From Macrostomum lignano (taxonomy: Eukaryota): a stretch of DNA of 64,000 bases. Under the pieces are notes generated by a model that saw nothing but the letters and a program-made list of their open reading frames with translations, searched no databases and was not told the DNA's origin. The stretch spans positions 922,397-986,396 of the forward strand of contig NIVC01000103.1 in assembly GCA_002269645.1 (NCBI GenBank), read 5' to 3'. Below, one piece after another: positions 38,601 through 51,933 of this stretch (positions are counted from its first letter, which is position 1; each line of letters starts with the position of its first letter). The translations under genes were made by a program, and so were the position numbers.

Positions 38601-38677
38601 GATATCTAAAGGTACTCTAATCCAATGCTTGCCAGTAATCCATGATTAATTAGCTCCCTCATTAACCGCTCTCCCAG

Positions 38678-39041
38678 GTGCCCCTACTGCCGTAGCGAGC
38701 GCTTTGCATTTGACTCAGTGCGCGAGCCGCCGCCACAACTTCCACCGCAGCAACCCATCAGGAGGCCGCCGCCACAGGCGTCTGCCAGAATCTACCGGTG
38801 CCAAGCAGCCCAGTGCCGGTTCACCGGTACAGAAAACGACTTCCTGGATCACCTGGTGAACAGACACAGGCGTGAACTGCTGGATAATCACCATCTGCTC
38901 TTCAGACAGCAGCAGCCCCCACAGCAGTACGAAGATCCGCCAGACCGGAATCCCAGGCTAGCCGAAAATAAAAAGACCTACTGCGGTGGCCCCTTGAATG
39001 GCCCGCCTTGCGACTGCTGCAGCGGCGTGTGCGGACCGCAG
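38678..39041 (+). CDS. Exon 2 of RING protein: end of RING (RCPYC), Pro-rich linker, C2H2-like finger, start of Cys-rich motif 1
   Basis: Acceptor CTCTCCCAG| (phase 2) completes the RING. Contains CQAAQCRFTG...HLVNRH and TYCGGPLNGPPCDCCSGVCGPQ. Donor CAG|GTGGGT at 39042 (phase 0). Confidence 0.85.
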
Positions 39042-39050
39042 GTGGGTTGG

Positions 39051-39051
<1 letters not shown>

Positions 39052-39122
<71 letters not shown>

Positions 39123-39166
39123 GCTTGTCTGTCTGTCTGCTTGTCTGTCTGTCTGTCTGTCTGTCT
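39052..39166. repeat. (TGTC)n microsatellite, left part of RING intron 2
   Basis: Direct inspection. Confidence 0.95.
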
Positions 39167-39406
39167 GACTGCGATAGTGAAGGCGGCAGTGTGAGCGCGA
39201 AACGAAAGGCTTAAAGCCCCATATGGCCGTGGGCCCAATATATATATATTTTTGTTAGGCGACAGTGAACGATGCGTACATTCATGAACATGTACATTGC
39301 TACGCTATTGATGCTATTGATTAGGACAGAGCGGGCGAGAGAGAGAGAGAGAGCGCTGGCAACAGGCACCGCCCTGCTAGGCTAATTCAACTAGGTGGCA
39401 ATAACA
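39162..39406 (-). repeat. 3' LTR
   Basis: Matches 43517-43760 except for a few substitutions and TA/GA run lengths. The terminal TGTAAA is replaced by TGTCT at the microsatellite edge. Confidence 0.9.
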
Positions 39407-39510
39407 CTTCTCCCAAAGCAGAAAGAAACAAAGAGGGGATAAAAGCTCGAATGACAGTCATCGAAGTACTCGTACAATAGTTCCAGTCCTTAATCAGCCC
39501 CAACCCCAAA

Positions 39511-42500
39511 TCAGTCCTTGTAGCTGATTGGCTTGTCTTTGGCCGCGCGGGGATGCGGCCGCTGGGCAATGCCGCATTCTGGCGGCGTCGGTTCCGCGTT
39601 CGCCGCAGCGCCCTCTGCCGCCACCAGCGGGTGGATGTGCGTCAGGTGTCGAGTGCAGGTGCGGTCGCCCTGTTGTAGCACGTAGGAGTCACCCCACCTG
39701 TCCACGACGGTCCAGGGCTCGACCTCGAAGGGTGTCTGAGTCTTTGTTCGCTGATTCCGCCTCCGTAGCACCGCAGTACCCGGCCTCACGCTGCAGGCCT
39801 TGGCCCTCCGGGAACGGTTGAAGTCCCTGGCCATCGCTCTGGTGTAGGCCGAGTGTCGCTGGGTCAGCTGTGTGCGATGATGGTACACGGGCTGCGAGGG
39901 GCGCGCCGACGGGACGGTGTCGTTGAAGGTCCGGCCCATTAGCAATTCGGCCGGCGCGACTCCGGTTGCCGAATGAGGAGTGACGCGGTATGCAAGGAGC
40001 CAGTCGTCTAGGGCACTGCGCCAGCTGCGGCCTTCGGTTGACGCGCTCGGTCGCTCCGTTGGCCTCCGGGTGCAGCGGGCAGATGCGGCGGTGCTTGACG
40101 CCATGCTCAGCGAGAAAGTTGTGGAACTCTGCAGAGTTGAAGGGTGGGCCGTTGTCGCTGATGATTTCTTGTGGGATGCCGTACCTGCTGAAGAGAGTTT
40201 TCAGGTGTGGCAGCACAGCCTCTGTGGAGGTCGAACTGACGATGTTGATCTCTGGAAACTTTGAGTAAAGGTCTGTTGTCACTAGCAACATTTTGTCCTG
40301 CACCGGACCGTAGAAGTCCATGCCGAGGACGAGCCAGGCTCCGTCGGGGAGCTGCGAGGGCTGAAGAGGTGGCGGATTGGTCGTTTTAGGCGACGTTGCT
40401 TGGCAGGCGAGGCAGCTTTGCACGAAGACCTGGCAGTCGCCCCTCATGCCTGGCCACCACACCTTCGTTTGAAGCCGGTCTAGAGTTTTCCGCCAGCACT
40501 GATGGCCTTTGTGCGCCAGCTGGAGTACTACTCGCCGAAGACTCGCTGGCACGATGATCGAAGAACCGCGAAGCAGAACGCCATCGTGGGCCGACACAGT
40601 TCTTGCCGGATGCAGGCAAGCGCACGGAGCTCATGGTCGTTGCTGGTCCACTGGTTGGTCTGAAGTGCCGAGATGGCTGCCTGAGTGACACCGTCGAGCC
40701 TGGCCGCCTGCTTGATTGACTCGAAGCTGAGACCTTGTGGCGTCGATCCGAGGGTGATGGCGTTGATGAACTGCCGGTCGAGCACTTCGCCGGGGTTGTC
40801 GGTTGTCTGCATTTGCGGCTGCCTGCTGAGCACGTCGGCTGGGTTTTGCGGCCCGGGCTGGTAGATGATGTTGAAGCTGAGGTGCTGCACTCTCAGTGCC
40901 ATACGCTCGATTCTGGGCGGCGACCGAGACCCCGGCTGGAAGAGTGGTACCAGCGGGCGGTGGTCTGTCACGATGGTGAACCTTGGGCAGCCGCTGAGGT
41001 AGTGCTCGAATCGGAGGCAGCCAAACTTCACAGCAAGTGCCTCCCGCTCTATCTGAGCATACCGTTGCTCGACGGCCGTCAGCGATCTGCTGGCGAAGGC
41101 GATAGGTCTGCGAACTCCTCTCTTGTCCGTCTGGCTCAGGATAGCGCCGAGGCCGACCGGCGAGGCGTCCACGTGCACCTCCGTCTCCATGTTGACGTCG
41201 AAGAAGGCCAGAATGTTTTCTGAACAAATGGCGGCCCTAGTTTGTTTGAAGGCTTCTTGCTGCTTGTCCGTCCAGCTCCAGACGTGGCCCTTCTTGAGCA
41301 GCTCTCGCATCGGTTGAGTCAGGTCGGAGAAGTTAGGAATGAACCTTGACAGGTAGGTTGCCAGCCCAAGGAATGAGCGTAGCTCCGATATGTTCGTGGG
41401 CTCCTTGAAGGCCTTGAGCGCCTTTATTTTCTCCTCTGTTGGCTGGACGCCGCTGGCGCTGATGCGCATTCCGAGAAATTCGATGGAAGGTTGGGCGAGA
41501 CGGCACTTATCAGGGTTAAGGGTGATCCCGTGGTCTCTGAGGCGCTGGAGGCACGCCTTCAAACGGCTGTTGTGTTCGGCCATGTTGCGCGCGAAGATCG
41601 TGATATCGTCGTGGGCCCACCTGACACCATTTAGGCCGCTGAGGACTCCCGTCATGACTCTCTGCAGCACCTCCGACGCGTTGGTGAAACCCATGCTGAG
41701 CCTGGTGAGTCGCATGAGGCCCAGCGGGGTGCTGAAGGTGAAGAGGTGGCGGGACTCCGGGCTCACGGGGATCTGGTGAAAGGCTTTCGTGATGTCTAAC
41801 TCGCTAAATACGGTCGAGCCCGCCATGTCGTCAGTGATTTCCTCGAAGGTCGGGATCGGCTGCTTTTCCGGCACGGCAAAAGAGTTCACATTGCGAAGAT
41901 CCTGGCAAATGCGAATGCCGCCAGACTCCTTTGGCACGACAACCATCCGGGAGACCCACGGTGAAGGCCCATGCACGCGTTCGATGATGCCTTCATCTAG
42001 CAGGAGCTGTAGCTCGTCGATGACGGCCTGTCGCTGGTGGACAGTTATCCTGGACGGTGGATGGCACACTGGCACGGCTTCGGGGCGCAGCCGAACGTCG
42101 ACTTCAACGTCCTTGACCCGGCCAAGGCCTTCAAAAACTGGCTGGAACTCGCGAAGTATGTTGCCTAACCGTAAGTCCGGTTGTAGGTCGTTGTCCAGAT
42201 TTTGATCGTGTTTGGCGAGTAGCTTCTTCAATGTCGAGGATTCGGCGCTGTCACGAGGTTTCACAGCGTTGATCTGTCGGGCCGGCTGTTGGATGTGTAG
42301 GATTCCCATGTCGAAGGCGGTGTTGCGCCCAAGCAGAGTGATGCCACTGCCCTTGGTAATGAAGAACGGGGCTTGTAGCTCATCTGAGTCGGTGCGGAGA
42401 GCTAGATCGGCAAGGCCAAGCACTTGCAGCGGTGTTGATGAGCCATAGCTGAAGATCTGCTGGGTGGCGTCACGCAGGGGAACGTGCTGCAGGTGTTGGA

Positions 42501-43476
42501 AGTTCTGCTCGCTCATGACATTGCAGCTCGCGCCGCTGTCGACCAGCACGTTGAATTCTTTCCCTTCGATCTGCAGGCGCATGTTGGCCGATCTTTGCCC
42601 TGACGACGCAGCCGGCGTCTGTATCGTGAATGCTTCTTCGGTGAGGTTGTCGGCCGAGACAGATTGAGCTGCCGTCCGTGTTGTTTGCAACCACATTGAT
42701 GCTGGAAGAGTTCTGCTGCCGGCGTTGCCTGCAGGCCTTTGCGAGGTGGTTGGGCTTGCCGCATGACGAGCAGGTCTTCCCTTTCGCGGCGCCGCAGCTG
42801 CTGTGGCCGCGCTCTCCACAGCGGTAGCAGGTGGTGTTGGAGGCGAATGTCGGCCTCTGGCCGTTTTGCTGTGTGGCTGGTCTCTGCGCTGGTTTGATGC
42901 CGACTTGTGAATGGCCGCGATGCTGCTGCTGCTGCTCTCCATGGCTGTGGCCTGCTCTTCCGCGGCTTCTAGTGCCCGAGCCTGTCTGAGAGCATCGTTC
43001 AATGCGATGTTGCTCTCCTGGAGCAGTCGCCGTCTGAGCTTGTCGGAGCAGCAAGTTGCGACGATCTGGTCTCTAATGAGAGAATCCTTCAGGGTGGAGA
43101 ACTCGCAGGCTTCAGCAGCTGCCTTTAGTCTAGCGTACCAGGCGTCCACTGGCTCTCCAGTCTGCTGCACGCAAAGTCTGAACTGGTAGCGGGCGAAGAC
43201 GATACTCTTGCGTTCGTCAAAGTGTGCTGTAAGAGCGGCCAGCAAGTTGCTGAGGCTATCTTTCTTGTCGTCCGGCAGGTCCTTGACGATTTGGGCGATC
43301 TCCCTGCCTGCCGTGTAGGACAGCAGTTTGCACTTCTGAGTTTCGGCCGTAATTCCGGATGCGTCGATAAAGTCGCGGAAGCGATCGGCCCACACGGTCC
43401 ACCGTTTAGAGATGTTTTGTTGATCAGTGTTTGTGCTGAATTGCTCAGGCGGTGGCAGGGAGATGAAATGCGCCAT
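39511..43476 (-). pseudogene. gag-pol polyprotein (CCHC knuckles, protease LVDSGAS, RT, RNase H, integrase) with several frameshifts
   Basis: ORF 40528..43476 carries gag/PR/RT/RH. The knuckles CYRCGERGHSSC and CSSCGKPNHLAKAC lie in another frame (42470..43054). Integrase (AHKGH...CLAC, GMDFYGP, SDNGPPF) is in 39689..40597 and its tail in 39511..40104. Confidence 0.9.
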
Positions 43477-43516
43477 TGTGGCTAACCGTAGGGGTAAGCT
43501 CTGCTTGCGATGCCAC

Positions 43517-43760
43517 TGTAAAGACTGCGATAGTGAAGGCGGCAGTGTGAGCGCGAAATGAAAGGCTTAAGGCCCCATATGGCCGTGGGCCCAATATATA
43601 TATATATGTTAGGCGACAGTGAACGATGCGTACATTCATGAACATGTACATTGCTACGCTATTGATGCTATTGATTAGGACAGAGCGGGCGAGAGAGAGA
43701 GAGAGAGCGCTGGCAACAGGCACCGCCCTGCTAGGCTAATTCAACTAGGTGGCAATAACA
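43517..43760 (-). repeat. 5' LTR
   Basis: TGTAAAGACTG...GGCAATAACA, i.e. TG...CA ends. Confidence 0.95.
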
Positions 43761-44190
<430 letters not shown>

Positions 44191-44191
44191 T

Positions 44192-47100
44192 TACTGTCCG
44201 TGTGTTTACTTGGACCTTTCGTCGGTTCAGTTGCCGCATTAGCTGGACCTTTCGGTTTAGGTGGACAGCGTAGGTGGACCACCGAATATTTTTGCTCCAG
44301 ACAACGTTGAGTGGTTTATAAGGACCACAAAACAGAGCAATGGATGTCAGGAATGAGTGCCGCAAAGCGCAACATTCATCGGCATTCATGTTCAGAAAAA
44401 AATGCATTTCAGTTTACATGGACTTTTTGCGATGTCCACCTAAACCGGGTCTGAAAGGTCCAGCTAAACAAAAATTGTCAATGAAAATTTCTGAATTTGT
44501 CTGTTGCAGTCTGTTTCAGTCTGTTTCAGTCTGTTGGCAATTTACCTTTTTACAACATCTTTTACGCCAAAAAGTAATATATTTAATTTCCGTGATCTTA
44601 AATTAGGCACACACGGCTTTGTTGAGCTTTCTTCAAAGCCTTCCCACGGTTTTGTGCCCGAAAAATATTCGAATGACGGTTCCTTTATCACGTTAGCTGC
44701 TGATAGTAGTTTAAATGGATATTGTATCCTATAGGCCTATCGACTTTCCTTCTTTTAGATTCCTTTTGATATTTGATATTTATAAAAGTGTCGAACCACA
44801 ATAAGAAATAATCCTGGTGGAGAGTTTCGGCCTTGAGGAGAAGGTTCTGCTCTCAGAGCCCTGTTTAGGGGTGGGGAAGCACCAAATTACGCTCAAAGCG
44901 AAGGTCTGATATTTTTTATTTTAGTTTACCCTGGGTCCCACTAAACACAGTTGCACGCACATCAAATCGTCTGTTGAGGTCCATGTAAACGAAACTCGAA
45001 GCGCACAACACAGTCACACAGACTAGAGCTGCATTGGTTAAGGACTGATTTCGGAGAGGTTGGTAAAAATCGGACCACCCCTACTGGGAATGCCAGCCAA
45101 TAGGAGCAGTCCAAGGGACAGACAGTCCGTCGACTAAACGAGACAGAGAGGGGCAGAGCTATAAAAGTGAAAACCTTTGGTCTAGCTAAAACAGGCTTAC
45201 ATGGACCACCTAATTTCTCGGATAGACTGAAACATTCAACTGAACTGTCAATAGTCAATACACGAGAAGACACGAATGTCTCGCAGGAGATATCCAATAA
45301 CACAGAGTCCCGGAGAGGTGCAACAGTAACAGATGTTACATCAAGTGGACTGGATACCTAAGGTAAGCATAAAATGAAAAGATTCAATTTAAAAGATTGA
45401 CTTCCACGCATTCTAATTCACTAGTAAAACCAAGCCTTTGGATTACTACGTAGCTAATAAAACAACACACGACTTTTAGATCCAACAATACTTGGGAGCC
45501 AGTGAAAAATGTTTTCGACGACGTTTTTGAAAAATTGCATTGTAATTGCAGTAAATACCAAAACGAAGTGTTATTTAGGATGAAAAAAATGATTAACTTT
45601 AGTAAAGAGCCTCAGTAAGAACCTACTCAATCGAAATTTCAGAAATATGTTTTCCTGCCAGACCAAAAAGCAAAATCTACCAGATAAGCAAATTGGTGCA
45701 CATACAACTTAAGCTGGTCCAGCTAACCTACAGACTGCACTGACGCAACTGAGCCAGTCTGTTTAAGAGCCTCACAAATGGGAGGTGAAATTCAAGTCCA
45801 GGTGGTCCAGCTAACCTACAGACTGTACTGACGCAACTGAGCCAGTCTGTTTAAGAGCCTTACAGATGGGAGGTGGAATTCAAGTTTAGGAGGTCCAGCT
45901 AACCTACAGACTGCACTGACGCAACTGAGCCAGTCTGTTTAAGAGCCTCACAGATAGGAGGTGGAATTCAAGTCCAGGAGGTCCAGCTAACCTACAGACT
46001 GTACTGACACCAATATGCCAGTCTGTTTCAAAGTCTCAGTAGAATATCAGTTGTAAACTGTCAATCCTGAATTCTCATATAAATGCCAAATTTGACAGGC
46101 CCAGTCTGGAGACGGCAAGTCAGCTTTGATGCAGACGAGTGACGCAAGCAACTCCAGCAAGATATCGACCAAGACTTTAAAGGCCAAGAGCCATTAAGTC
46201 GACTATAGGCTGACACCTCACGTCTGGACACCTCTAAGAAGTCGGCTGAGGCACCTGAGACGCTGGTCAGTCCGGTGGACAGACGTGTTGCCTCATCGCA
46301 GTTCAGTCATCGGACGAGATTGAATCTACTGTGGTGAGCTTGCTGCAAAAGTGTTCAGATTTGGCTTATCCTATTCTAATTGAACTGGTCCAGCTAACCT
46401 ACAGACTGTACTGACGCCACAGAGCCAGTCTGTTTTAGAGCCTCACAGATGGGGTGGAATTCAAGTTTAGGTGGTCCAGCTAACCTACAGACTGCACTGA
46501 CGCAACTGATCCAGTCTGTTTAAGAGCCTCACAGATGGGAGGTGGAATTCAAGTTTAGGTGGTCCAGCTAACCTACAGACTGTACTGACACCAATATGCC
46601 AGTCTGTTTCAAAGTCTCAGTAGAATATCAGTTGTAAACTGTCAATCCTTATTTCTCGTATAAATGCCAAATTTGACAGGCCCAGTCTGGAGACGGCAAG
46701 TCAGCTTTGATGCAGACGAGTGACGCAAGCAACTCCAGCAAGATATTGACCAAGACTTTAAGACCAAGAGCCATTAAGTCGACTATAGGCTGACACCTCA
46801 TGTCTGGACACCTCTAAGAAGTCGGCTGAGGCACCTGAGACGCTGGTCAGTCCGGTGGACAGACGTGTTGCCTCATCGCAGTTCAGTCATCGGACGAGAT
46901 TGAATCTACTGTGGTGAGCTTGCTGCAAAAGTGTTCAGATTTGGCTTATCCTATTCTAATTGAACTGGTCCAGCTAACCTACAGACTGTACTGACGCAAC
47001 TGAGCCAGTCTGTTTTAGAGCCTCACAGATGGGGTGGAATTCAAGTTTAGGAGGTCCAGCTAACCTACAGACTGCACTGACGCAACTGATCCAGTCTGTT

Positions 47101-48887
47101 GAAGAGCCTCACAGATGGGAGGTGGAATTCAAGTTTAGGAGGTCCAGCTAACCTACAGACTGCACTGACGCAACTGATCCAGTCTGTTGAAGAGCCTCAC
47201 AGATAGGAGGTGGAATTCAAGTTTAGGTGGTCCAGCTAACCTACAGACTGTACTGACACCAATATGCCAGTCTGTTTCAAAGTCTCAGTAGAATATCAGT
47301 TGTAAACTGTCAATCCTGAATTCTCATATAAATGCCAAATTTGACAGGCCCAGTCTGGAGACGGCAAGTCAGCTTTGATGCAGACGAGTGACGCAAGCAA
47401 CTCCAGCAAGATATCGACCAAGACTTTAAAGGCCAAGAGCCATTAAGTCGACTATAGGCTGACACCTCACGTCTGGACACCTCTAAGAAGTCGGCTGAGG
47501 CACCTGAGACGCTGGTCAGTCCGGTGGACAGACGTGTTGCCTCATCGCAGTTTAGTCATAGGACGAGATTGAATCTACTGTGGTGAGCTTGCTGCAAAAG
47601 TGTTCAGATTTGGCTTATCCTATTCTAATTGAACTGGTCCAGCTAACCTACAGACTGTACTGACGCAACTGATCCAGTCTGTTTAGGAGCCTCACAGATG
47701 GGAGGTGGAATTCAAGTTTAGGTGGTCCAGCTAACCTACAGACTGCACTGACGCAACTGATCCAGTCTGTTGAGGAGCCTCACAGATGGGAGGTGGAATT
47801 CAAGTCCAGGAGGTCCAGCTAACCTACAGACTGCACTGATGCAACTGATCCAGTCTGTTGAGGAGCCTCACAGATGGGAGGGGGAATTCAAGTTTAGGAG
47901 GTCCAGCTAACCTACAGACTGCACTGACACCAATATGCCAGTCTGTTTCAAAGTCTCAGTAGAATATCAGTTGTAAACTGTCAATCCTTAATTCTCGTAT
48001 AAATGCCAAATTTGACAGGCCCAGTCTGGAGACGGCAAGTCAGCTTTGATGCAGACGAGTGACGCAAGCAACTCCGGCAAAATGAAGACGATTTTTTGTG
48101 CTCAACCGCAAAAGTTTGTTTATGATGATATTGACTGCGACAGCTTGTGGCTTTCTGTGAGATGATTCCGCTATCCGTCGTAACATGTCTTGTCCGTCCG
48201 TTTAAACTTTTTTCATTTTTCAAAAATTGAGTGGAAAGTTGTTCTATTGTAATACGTGAAATTTATTAGGCAAATGTATTTATTAATTATATCGTCGTCA
48301 ATCTACTTGCCTTTTGGCACATATTTGGGACGTTAAGTGTGTTTCTTTAGGTTTATCATTATTCTAGTGAAAAACAAATATGACTTTTTGCTATTTAAAC
48401 TTTTGCTTGGCTGTTAATTTGCACTTGTAACTATTTTTCTCGGCATAAAAATTAGTTGCATTTGATTCATTTGTTTTTAATGGGGATGATGGTTCTTGAG
48501 TCCGGCGCAAAGTAGAACTGAATGCATTATTTTCACTTTATTACATATTGTGTAGTTGGGACTTCTGTCACGTGACTTTTAGTGTTGTTTCTCGTGCTTA
48601 ACAGTACTGGGTCGATAATAATCCCAGTACTCTGCTAAATAAATGATGGTCCACCTAAACGGTGTCTTTTTGAAGGTCCACCTAAAACAGGTCCGGGCTG
48701 GTCCAGCTATCCCAGTTGAAAGTGACATGCAGTTTCCACGAGATGGCTAATCTGCAGGCTAAACTGAAAGACAACCCACGCTAACTTTTCGTGTAGAGAC
48801 AAAAGACACCGGTTTTATAGCGAAACTAGGTGGTCCACCTAATGCATTAACAAAACTCTGGTCCCGCTAAACACACAGACAGCGGTA
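44192..48887. mobile_element. 4.7-kb non-coding TIR element with GGTCCA(C/G)CTAA subterminal repeats and an internal satellite
   Basis: Left end TACTGTCCGTGTGTTTACTTGGACC versus reverse-complemented right end TACCGCTGTCTGTGTGTTTAGCGGGACC. Multiple GGTCCACCTAA/GGTCCAGCTAA copies occur in both orientations near both ends. (TGTC)n lies on both flanks. Confidence 0.65.
45714..48083. repeat. 88-bp satellite organised as higher-order repeats (2-3 monomers plus a partial monomer plus a ~380-bp spacer)
   Basis: Monomer starts at 45716, 45804, 45892 and 45980. HOR starts at 45716, 46387, 46967 and 47636 (periods 671, 580, 669). Confidence 0.95.
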
Positions 48888-49050
<163 letters not shown>

Positions 49051-49072
49051 CAGTCTCTCTTCCTCACCCCAG

Positions 49073-49339
49073 GACGGTTGCAACTGTGTCCACTGCATGA
49101 CAATTGACCTGGCGAATTTCCAAGTAACCCATGGCAACAGTCTGGTGAACAAGTTCGGCCGAGTGGCCTCCCTGAGCTCGGAGAACGGGCATTTCTACTG
49201 CGCGGCCATCATGGGACTCGCAGAGCTCGGTGGCAGCGGTGACAGCATCGCCTACTGCGGCCCCATCGATGGCCCCAACTGCGAGGCCTGCCAAGCGCTG
49301 GACGTTCAGTGTGGCAGTCGCTACGCCAGCCTCATGTGA
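49073..49339 (+). CDS. Exon 3 (terminal) of RING protein: end of Cys-rich motif 1 plus motif 2
   Basis: Acceptor CTCTTCCTCACCCCAG| (phase 0) joins CGPQ|DGCNCVHCM...FYC...YCGPIDGPNCEACQALD; stop at 49339. The spliced product is about 261 aa. Confidence 0.8.
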   Translation, partial: DGCNCVHCMTIDLANFQVTHGNSLVNKFGRVASLSSENGHFYCAAIMGLAELGGSGDSIAYCGPIDGPNCEACQALDVQCGSRYASLM

Positions 49340-49579
49340 CGCCTCTGAAGAATTTTTGCCTCTGGTGCAAGTCTTGGAATTTAATTTCTGCTTCCGAAAT
49401 TTTATGACTTTGTCTTCTGCTTTTCTCACGTTGAATAACGCTTGAGCTTTGACTGGGCGGCTCAGAGCTAAAAATACATGGAAATATTTTCAATCATGTG
49501 GCAAACTGGCCAAGTTCGACTTTAAAATGCGCATCTACTTTGTAGCTCTTTTCTCTCCACTGTCTCCCTCTCCTCCCCT

Positions 49580-49975
49580 AGTGTCTCCCTCTCCTCCCCC
49601 AGCTCCCAGTGTCTCTTCTCCTCCCCAGTGCATGTCTCTTCTCCTACCCCAGTGCATGTCTCTTCTCCTCCCCCAGCTCCCAGTGTCTCTTCTCCTCCCC
49701 CAGTGCATGTCTCTTCTCCTCCCCCAGTGCATGTCTCTTCTCCTCCCCCAGTGCATGTCTCTTCTCCTCCCCCAGCTCCCAGTGTCTCTTCTCCTCCCCC
49801 AGTGCATGTCTCTTCTCCTCCCCCAGTGCATGTCTCTTCTCCTCCCCCAGCTCCCAGTGTCTCTTCTCCTCCCCCAGTGCATGTCTCTTCTCCTCCCCCA
49901 GTGCATGTCTCTTCTCCTCCCCCAGTGCATGTCTCTTCTCCTCCCCCAGTGCATGTCTCTTCTCCTCCCCCAGTG
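49580..49975. repeat. 24/27-bp minisatellite (TGCATGTCTCTTCTCCTCCCCCAG), copy at ~52185-52595
   Basis: Alternating 24- and 27-bp variants. Confidence 0.9.
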
Positions 49976-50067
49976 TCGGTATGAGTAGGCCGGCAATTTG
50001 ACTGCCACAGATCAAGTGCATGCAATAAAAAGCAGTCAAAAGTCTAGTCTGGCCTCACACCTTCTCC

Positions 50068-50260
50068 TGCACAGCCTCACACTGCTCCCTGCACAGCCTC
50101 ACACTGCTCCCTGCACAGCCTCACATCTGCTCCCTGCACAGCCTCACACTGCTCCCTGCACAGCCTCACACTGCTCCCTGCACAGCCTCACACTGCTCCC
50201 TGCACAGCCTCATACTGCTCCCTGTACAGCCTCTCACTGCTCCCTGCACAGCCTCACAAA
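50068..50260. repeat. 22-bp minisatellite (TGCACAGCCTCACACTGCTCCC), copy at ~52687-52880
   Basis: About 8 copies. Confidence 0.9.
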
Positions 50261-51493
50261 GAAATGCCACAGGCAAAAACTCGCACCATCTGCCACTGCA
50301 ACTCGAAGTCAGCACAGGTTCATTCAGGACCCGCAGAGCCGCTCCAACCGAATGCAGCAAAACTTGGGCTGCTCAATCCAAAGTGCAGCGCAGTGCCCTC
50401 AACTCACAGCTCCTCAGCAGATGCCCAGCACCGCAGCTCAGCAACTGAACCATCCGACTTGGCAAGCGTCAGCTGTGCGTGTTGATGCAGATGGACTCGA
50501 GAGTGCTGCATGCCAGATCGCTCCTGTGCACCGCTGGCATGGCGATAGCAATCTTCACAATGGCCAGTGACGGGCTGAACTGCGCTGGATAAACAGCTGC
50601 GATTCTTATCAGGCTGCAGCTCAGTCGGAAATGCACGTTGCTGCTGATGTCATGTGATGCGTCAAGTGACGCAAGCAACTCCGGCAAAATGAAGACGATT
50701 TTTTGTGCTCAACCGCAAAAGTTTGTTTATGATGATATTGACTGCGACAGCTTGTGGCTTTCTGTGAGATGATTCCGCTATCCGTCGTAACATGTCTTGT
50801 CCGTCCGTTTAAACTTTTTTCATTTTTCAAAAATTGAGTGGAAAGTTGTTCTATTGTAATACGTGAAATTTATTAGGCAAATGTATTTATTAATTATATC
50901 GTCGTCAATCTACTTGCCTTTTGGCACATATTTGGGACGTTAAGTGTGTTTCTTTAGGTTTATCATTATTCTAGTGAAAAACAAATATGACTTTTTGCTA
51001 TTTAAACTTTTGCTTGGCTGTTAATTTGCACTTGTAACTATTTTTCTCGGCATAAAAATTAGTTGCATTTGATTCATTTGTTTTTAATGGGGATGATGGT
51101 TCTTGAGTCCGGCGCAAAGTAGAACTGAATGCATTATTTTCACTTTATTACATATTGTGTAGTTGGGACTTCTGTCACGTGACTTTTAGTGTTGTTTCTC
51201 GTGCTTAACAGTACTGGGTCGATAATAATCCAGTACTCTGCTAAATAAATGATGGTCCACCTAAACGGTGTCTTTTTGAAGGTCCACCTAAAACAGGTCC
51301 GGGCTGGTCCAGCTATCCCAGTTGAAAGTGACATGCAGTTTCCACGAGATGGCTAATCTGCAGGCTAAACTGAAAGACAACCCACGCTAACTTTTCGTGT
51401 AGAGACAAAAGACACCGGTTTTATAGCGAAACTAGGTGGTCCACCTAATGCATTAACAAAACTCTGGTCCCGCTAAACACACAGACAGCGGTA

Positions 51494-51616
<123 letters not shown>

Positions 51617-51666
51617 GTGTCTGTCTGTCTATCTGTCTGTCTCACAGTCTCTCTTCCTCACCTCAG

Positions 51667-51933
51667 GACGGTTGCAACTGTGTCCACTGCATGACAATTG
51701 ACCTGGCGAATTTCCAAGTAACCCATGGCAACAGTCTGGTGAACAAGTTCGGCCGAGTGGCCTCCCTGAGCTCGGAGAACGGGCATTTCTACTGCGCGGC
51801 CATCATGGGACTCGCAGAGCTCGGTGGCAGCGGTGACAGCATCGCCTACTGCGGCCCCATCGATGGCCCCAACTGCGAGGCCTGCCAAGCGCTGGACGTT
51901 CAGTGTGGCAGTCGCTACGCCAGCCTCATGTGA
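51667..51933 (+). CDS. Duplicate copy of RING terminal exon 3
   Basis: Same peptide as 49073-49339 with an intact acceptor (CCTCACCTCAG|). Confidence 0.65.
   Translation, partial: DGCNCVHCMTIDLANFQVTHGNSLVNKFGRVASLSSENGHFYCAAIMGLAELGGSGDSIAYCGPIDGPNCEACQALDVQCGSRYASLM

Larger units (their letters stand above)
39162..43760 (-). mobile_element. Full-length Ty3/gypsy (Mag-like) LTR retrotransposon, defective as sequenced
   Basis: Paired ~244-bp LTRs, PBS-like TGGCATCGCAAGCAG next to the 5' LTR, PPT GGGAGAAG next to the 3' LTR, and a gag-PR-RT-RH-IN coding region. Confidence 0.95.

Noticed and set aside
45714-48083. Repeat-spacer pattern resembling a CRISPR array
   Set aside because: The spacers are near-identical to each other and ~380 bp long, the repeats are 88 bp, there are no cas genes, and the context is eukaryotic.
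49998-50640. 190-aa ORF in the duplicated unit (and 52617-53189)
   Set aside because: The first half is a 22-bp minisatellite and the rest has no recognisable motif in any frame.
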